Of a DNA stretch of 57,757 nucleotides, positions 52,579-57,757 are shown piece by piece. The DNA comes from Betaproteobacteria bacterium UBA3031 (lineage in GTDB: Bacteria > Pseudomonadota > Gammaproteobacteria > Burkholderiales > Eutrophovitaceae), in the NCBI GenBank assembly GCA_002367635.1, contig DFDI01000090.1, forward strand, positions 36,412-94,168, read 5' to 3'. The notes under the pieces were generated by a model. It was not told the DNA's origin and did not search any database. It saw nothing but the letters and a program-made list of their open reading frames with translations. Positions within the stretch are counted from its first letter, which is position 1. Each line of letters starts with the position of its first letter. The translations under genes and the position numbers were made by a program.

Positions 52579-53442
52579 TTAAACTGCTGACGCGCCGCTA
52601 ACAATCTCAGATAGCTCTTGCGTAATAGCGGCTTGGCGCGATTTGTTATAAACAAGGGTTAACTCATCTATGAGTGTGGCAGCATTGTCTGACGCAGACT
52701 TCATAGCCACCATTCTCGCTGATTGTTCGGACGACATATTTTCGGCAACAGCTTGGTAAACCACCGCCTCAATGTAACGATTCAATACTTGGTCAAGAAC
52801 CTCTTTGGCATCAGGCTCGTAAATATAGTCCCACGAGCCATCAGGGATACCCAGACTTTCACCTTTAACGGGCAGAAGCTGCTCAATTGTGGCCTCTTGT
52901 TTCATTGTGTTTACAAATTTATTGTAAAAAAGCACAACCCTATCGAATCGATCTTCGTTGTAACCATCCAACACAACTTTAACTGCACCTAATATCGTTT
53001 CCATCCTAGGTGTGTCGCCTAACCCACTCACTTCTGCGACAATATTCGCTCCGAGACGCTGCATGAAACCGACTCCCTTGCTGCCGATGCAACAAACGTC
53101 GATTTCTTCTCCCTCTTCTTGCCACGCTTTGTATTGCGCCAGCGCCATTCTCAAAACATTGGTATTAAGCGCCCCACATAACCCTTTGTCGGTTGTTACA
53201 ACAATCATTGCCGCACGTTTAACTGTGTCTCTTTCCGTTAGGAATGGATGCCGATACTCGGGGTTCGCGTTTGAGATATTAGCCGCGACAGAGCGTATTT
53301 TTGCGGCAAATGGTCTAGCCAGGCGCATTCTCTCCTGAGCTTTTCTCATCTTTGATGCCGCCACCATTTCCATGGCTTTAGTAATCTTCCGAGTGTTTTG
53401 AACACTCTTGATTTTGGTTCGTATTTCTTTAGTGCCTGCCAT
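52579..53442 (-). CDS. atpG: F1 ATP synthase gamma subunit
   Basis: 287 aa ([36 protein letters not shown]...). Confidence 0.97.
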   Translation of the reverse strand: MAGTKEIRTKIKSVQNTRKITKAMEMVAASKMRKAQERMRLARPFAAKIRSVAANISNANPEYRHPFLTERDTVKRAAMIVVTTDKGLCGALNTNVLRMALAQYKAWQEEGEEIDVCCIGSKGVGFMQRLGANIVAEVSGLGDTPRMETILGAVKVVLDGYNEDRFDRVVLFYNKFVNTMKQEATIEQLLPVKGESLGIPDGSWDYIYEPDAKEVLDQVLNRYIEAVVYQAVAENMSSEQSARMVAMKSASDNAATLIDELTLVYNKSRQAAITQELSEIVSGASAV

Positions 53443-53493
53443 CCTAAAGTCTCTCTGTCTTCATCGACTTGATGTTGCTGTTTTTCCTGTTAA

Positions 53494-55041
53494 CTAATAC
53501 GTACCGGACGTCTTCCAATCTTGGATTGCCGATTTGAGCGCTTCCTCATCTTCTTTCGTGAGGTTCTTAGTTTCATCAATTCGAGCAATAAGCTCCGCAT
53601 GTTTACTCTTAAGAAAATCTCTCATCGATTTTTCTACCGCAAGCGCTTTTCCAACCTCAATGTCATCGAAAATGTCATTGTTAACAGCGAATAACGTAAC
53701 GGCCATTTCCCAAACTTCCATTGGCTGGTACTGAGGCTGCTTCATGAGCTCGGTAACCATTTGTCCTCGTTCCAACTGGCGCCGCGTTGTTTCATCTAGA
53801 TCAGAGGCAAACTGCGCAAAAGCCGCAAGCTCTCTATACTGTGCAAGTGCTAGACGCACACCGCCGCCGGTATCCTTTCGCTTCATAATTTTGGTTTGTG
53901 CGGCACCACCCACTCGCGACACAGAAACACCAGCGTTAATCGCTGGTCTTACACCAGCATTAAATAAATCTGTTTCTAGGAAAATTTGACCATCCGTAAT
54001 CGAGATGACATTTGTCGGCACAAATGCGGACACGTCGCCCGCTTGCGTCTCAATGATCGGCAACGCTGTGAGTGATCCGGTTTTACCCTTAACTTCTCCA
54101 TTGGTATGGCGCTCAACCCAACCGGTTGACACGCGAGCTGCCCGCTCTAGTAAACGAGAGTGGAGGTAGAAAACGTCTCCAGGATATGCCTCTCTTCCGG
54201 GAGGCCGTCTGAGCAACAAAGATATCTGTCGATATGCCCAAGCTTGTTTCGTTAAATCGTCATAAACAATCAAGGCGTCCTGACCGCGATCTCGGAAGTA
54301 CTCTCCCATCGTGCAACCAGAATAAGGCGCGATAAATTGCATAGCGGCTGACTCAGAAGCCGTTGCCGCAACCACCACGGTGTATTCCATTGCTCCGTGC
54401 TCTTCAAGCTTTCTAACCACGTTAGCAACTGTTGATGCCTTCTGACCAATTGCTACGTAGACGCAGAATAAGTTCTTACCCTTCTGATTAATAATTGTAT
54501 CAATTGCTACTGCTGTTTTGCCCGTTTGTCGATCACCAATGATCAACTCCCGTTGGCCTCGGCCGACCGGGACCATAGCGTCAATGGCCTTTAAGCCCGT
54601 TTGAACTGGCTCATCAACCGATTGTCTCCAAATAACCCCAGGAGCAACTTTCTCAATAACATCAGTTTGCTTAGCATTGATTGGGCCTTTACCATCAATC
54701 GGCTGGCCCAACGCATCCACTACGCGGCCAAGAAGTTCGGGGCCTACTGGCACCTCAAGAATCTTACCGGTACATTTAACCGTGTCACCCTCTGTAATGT
54801 GCGTGTACTCACCCAATACCACAACACCAACCGAATCGCGCTCCAGGTTCAGCGCCAGACCAAACGTATTCCCAGGAAACTCCAGCATTTCACCCTGCAT
54901 TGCATCCGAAAGGCCATGGACTCGACATATCCCGTCAGTTACGGAAACGACGGTGCCCTGTGTTGTTGCTTCAGTTCCTGATGCAAGATTTTGAATCTTG
55001 CCCTTAATCAGCTCGCTAATCTCTGATGGATTCAACTGCAT
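53494..55041 (-). CDS. atpA: F1 ATP synthase alpha subunit
   Basis: 515 aa with Walker A GDRQTGKT and highly conserved alpha sequence. Confidence 0.98.
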   Translation of the reverse strand: MQLNPSEISELIKGKIQNLASGTEATTQGTVVSVTDGICRVHGLSDAMQGEMLEFPGNTFGLALNLERDSVGVVVLGEYTHITEGDTVKCTGKILEVPVGPELLGRVVDALGQPIDGKGPINAKQTDVIEKVAPGVIWRQSVDEPVQTGLKAIDAMVPVGRGQRELIIGDRQTGKTAVAIDTIINQKGKNLFCVYVAIGQKASTVANVVRKLEEHGAMEYTVVVAATASESAAMQFIAPYSGCTMGEYFRDRGQDALIVYDDLTKQAWAYRQISLLLRRPPGREAYPGDVFYLHSRLLERAARVSTGWVERHTNGEVKGKTGSLTALPIIETQAGDVSAFVPTNVISITDGQIFLETDLFNAGVRPAINAGVSVSRVGGAAQTKIMKRKDTGGGVRLALAQYRELAAFAQFASDLDETTRRQLERGQMVTELMKQPQYQPMEVWEMAVTLFAVNNDIFDDIEVGKALAVEKSMRDFLKSKHAELIARIDETKNLTKEDEEALKSAIQDWKTSGTY

Positions 55042-55060
55042 GGATCAATGCTCCTAATAA

Positions 55061-55597
55061 TTAATTCGTTAAAGTGACCGCCATGTGTTGGAGGCGACCT
55101 CTGACGGACGCATCCCACACCTTGTCACCCACATGAACTTTGACTCCGCCGATTAAGTTGGGGTCAATGGTGACGGATGGACTAATTCTTTTGTCGAGTT
55201 TTTTCGAAAAAATATCGGCTATTTTCTGAATTTGCGCTTCATCCAACTCGAATGCTGACTGAATCACTGCGCTCACAACGCCTTCGTCTTCTGCTTTCAG
55301 CGCCTCGTATTGCCTCACAACATCGCTGAGCACAGAGAGTCGACCATTTCTGACGAGCAGTCGTATAAAATTGCACGCTTCTGCAGACACTTGGTCGGCA
55401 CAAATTGTCAGAAAAAGATTTTCAATATCGCCTAGCTTGATATCGGGAGCCCCGATCGTCGACTGGAAATATTCATCGTTAGCAACATTTCGAAGGAAAT
55501 CTAAATCGTTCGACCAGTCATTCAAGGTTGTCGTCTCTTTTGCAAGCGAAAATAGTGCCTGAGCATAAGGTCGAGCCAATGTTATTACTTCAGCCAT
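55061..55597 (-). CDS. atpH: F1 ATP synthase delta subunit (OSCP)
   Basis: 178 aa (ITLARPYAQALF...) located between atpF and atpA. Confidence 0.93.
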   Translation of the reverse strand: MAEVITLARPYAQALFSLAKETTTLNDWSNDLDFLRNVANDEYFQSTIGAPDIKLGDIENLFLTICADQVSAEACNFIRLLVRNGRLSVLSDVVRQYEALKAEDEGVVSAVIQSAFELDEAQIQKIADIFSKKLDKRISPSVTIDPNLIGGVKVHVGDKVWDASVRGRLQHMAVTLTN

Positions 55598-55603
55598 AAC
55601 GTT

Positions 55604-56077
55604 TTAACCCAGCTCCGACTCTAAACGCTTCAACATGTCGCCATGAGCGGTCGCGTTAATTTCTTTTTGTAAAATTCGCTCTGCGCCGGCCAGCGCCAGA
55701 GCTGCTACTTGTGCGCGCAGCTGCTCTTTCGCTCGATTGACCTCTTGATCAATCTCAGACTTAGCCGCCCTTACAATACGCTCACCCTCAACTTTTGCTT
55801 GATTCTTAGCTTCCTCTACAAGCTCGCCTGATCTCTTTTCGGCTTGGGAGATAATCTCCATCGCCTGCTCTTTAGTCTTTTTCAGCTCTTGACTAACCTT
55901 TTCAGCTGCCGCTGCTAACTCTTGTCTGCCTTTTTCACCAGCCGCCAGACCATCCGCAATCTGCTTTTGACGATCCTGCATGGCTTTTTGAAGAGGTGGC
56001 CAAACATACTTCATCGTTAGCCATATAAACAAAGCAAACCAGAGAGCTTGGCCTAAAAGTGTTGCGTTAATATTCAC
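55604..56077 (-). CDS. atpF: F0 ATP synthase subunit b
   Basis: 157 aa with a single N-terminal TM helix followed by a long charged helix. GTG start. Confidence 0.93.
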   Translation of the reverse strand: MNINATLLGQALWFALFIWLTMKYVWPPLQKAMQDRQKQIADGLAAGEKGRQELAAAAEKVSQELKKTKEQAMEIISQAEKRSGELVEEAKNQAKVEGERIVRAAKSEIDQEVNRAKEQLRAQVAALALAGAERILQKEINATAHGDMLKRLESELG

Positions 56078-56117
56078 GCTTGCCTCCTGCGGCTTAAATC
56101 TCGATTTATGTTAACCA

Positions 56118-56390
<273 letters not shown>

Positions 56391-56427
56391 CTAGTACAAT
56401 ATTAAGTTGTTAAAAATTAAATTACTG

Positions 56428-57225
<798 letters not shown>

Positions 57226-57236
57226 TTAAAATAACG

Positions 57237-57605
57237 TTAACTTTTTAGCAAAAGCGCCACCCAGTAACTCGACAAAGTCGCAACATAAGTAGCAAACAGT
57301 GGTAATGCCGCTATTGGGTCCAGCTGTGTAAAAGCCGCGCCAAACATTACTGCTGTTATAGCTAACTTTCCCGACTCGGCCCGATAGTGCGCCTTAACCA
57401 AATTTCGAGGGTCCTTCGAGTTCGCTCTGGAAGACCTCCACACATAAAAACATGAAGGTATTAGTGCAATGATGCCACCAATCAGCGCTGACTTACTGTC
57501 AACCGAAAAGCCGTAGACGCCCAAGAAACCAACCGTAACAACCATTGTTACCAAAGCCTGTAGGATCAATATCCGCAAAGACCCCGTTAATACGACCTTA
57601 CTCAT
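57237..57605 (-). CDS. atpI: ATP synthase protein I (AtpI)
   Basis: Small hydrophobic protein, first in the atp operon. I prefer ATG 57605 because the ORF-track GTG 57650 lies only 12 nt after the -10 of the promoter below. Confidence 0.7.
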   Translation of the reverse strand: MSKVVLTGSLRILILQALVTMVVTVGFLGVYGFSVDSKSALIGGIIALIPSCFYVWRSSRANSKDPRNLVKAHYRAESGKLAITAVMFGAAFTQLDPIAALPLFATYVATLSSYWVALLLKS

Positions 57606-57662
57606 GATGCTGGGAGTGGTCTTGAGAACCCATAATCGGTTCCAACCCACGAAAAGGTCGCT

Positions 57663-57691
57663 ATTTTAAGGACTGCGCGAATTTGTGTCAA
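57663..57691 (-). promoter_or_regulatory. Near-consensus sigma70 promoter of the atp operon
   Basis: The minus strand reads TTGACA (57691..57686), a 17-nt spacer, then TAAAAT (57668..57663). It lies upstream of atpI. Confidence 0.6.
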
Positions 57692-57757
57692 TGACACTTG
57701 CGTTAAAAGTGGCGAGACTTCACGATCGCAACTTAGATAAAATTATATCCAATTATG

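Overview
This is a 57.8-kb chromosomal segment from a compact Gram-negative proteobacterial genome. Several synteny blocks look Pseudomonas-like (gamma- or betaproteobacterial): DUF971-ubiE-ubiJ-ubiB, mreBCD-mrdA-rodA divergent from gatCAB, thrB next to polA, metXW, and TIGR02449-zapA-ssrS. I cannot assign a taxon from sequence alone. By my hand tally about 94-95% of the window is protein-coding, with about 55 genes, nearly all housekeeping. These include ubiquinone biosynthesis, phoBR, the rod-shape/elongasome cluster, gatCAB, pyrE, xthA, ampG, metXW, leuS-lptE, phosphoribulokinase, uvrD, thrB, polA, msbA and the complete atpIBEFHAGDC operon. The more accessory content comprises three parts. 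First, an amidohydrolase/MBL pair convergent with a TauD-family dioxygenase. Second, a cobalamin-riboswitch-controlled TonB-dependent receptor. Third, a liv-type ABC importer chained to an M20 deacylase, a MatB-like CoA ligase and a doubly frameshifted 2OG-Fe(II) oxygenase pseudogene. Non-protein features supported by the sequence are a cobalamin riboswitch, a 6S RNA (ssrS), two Pho boxes with phoA-like box-to--10 spacing, a near-consensus atp promoter and an intrinsic terminator after atpC. I found no tRNA or rRNA genes, CRISPR arrays, IS elements, transposases, integrases, phage genes or recognisable defence genes. I also found no unexplained gap longer than about 200 bp. I therefore see no convincing evidence for a novel multi-gene system here. 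The findings below concern regulation, genome compaction, gene decay and one substrate-unknown uptake/catabolism module. ORF-track starts include GTG/TTG codons, and several were trimmed on homology or RBS grounds.
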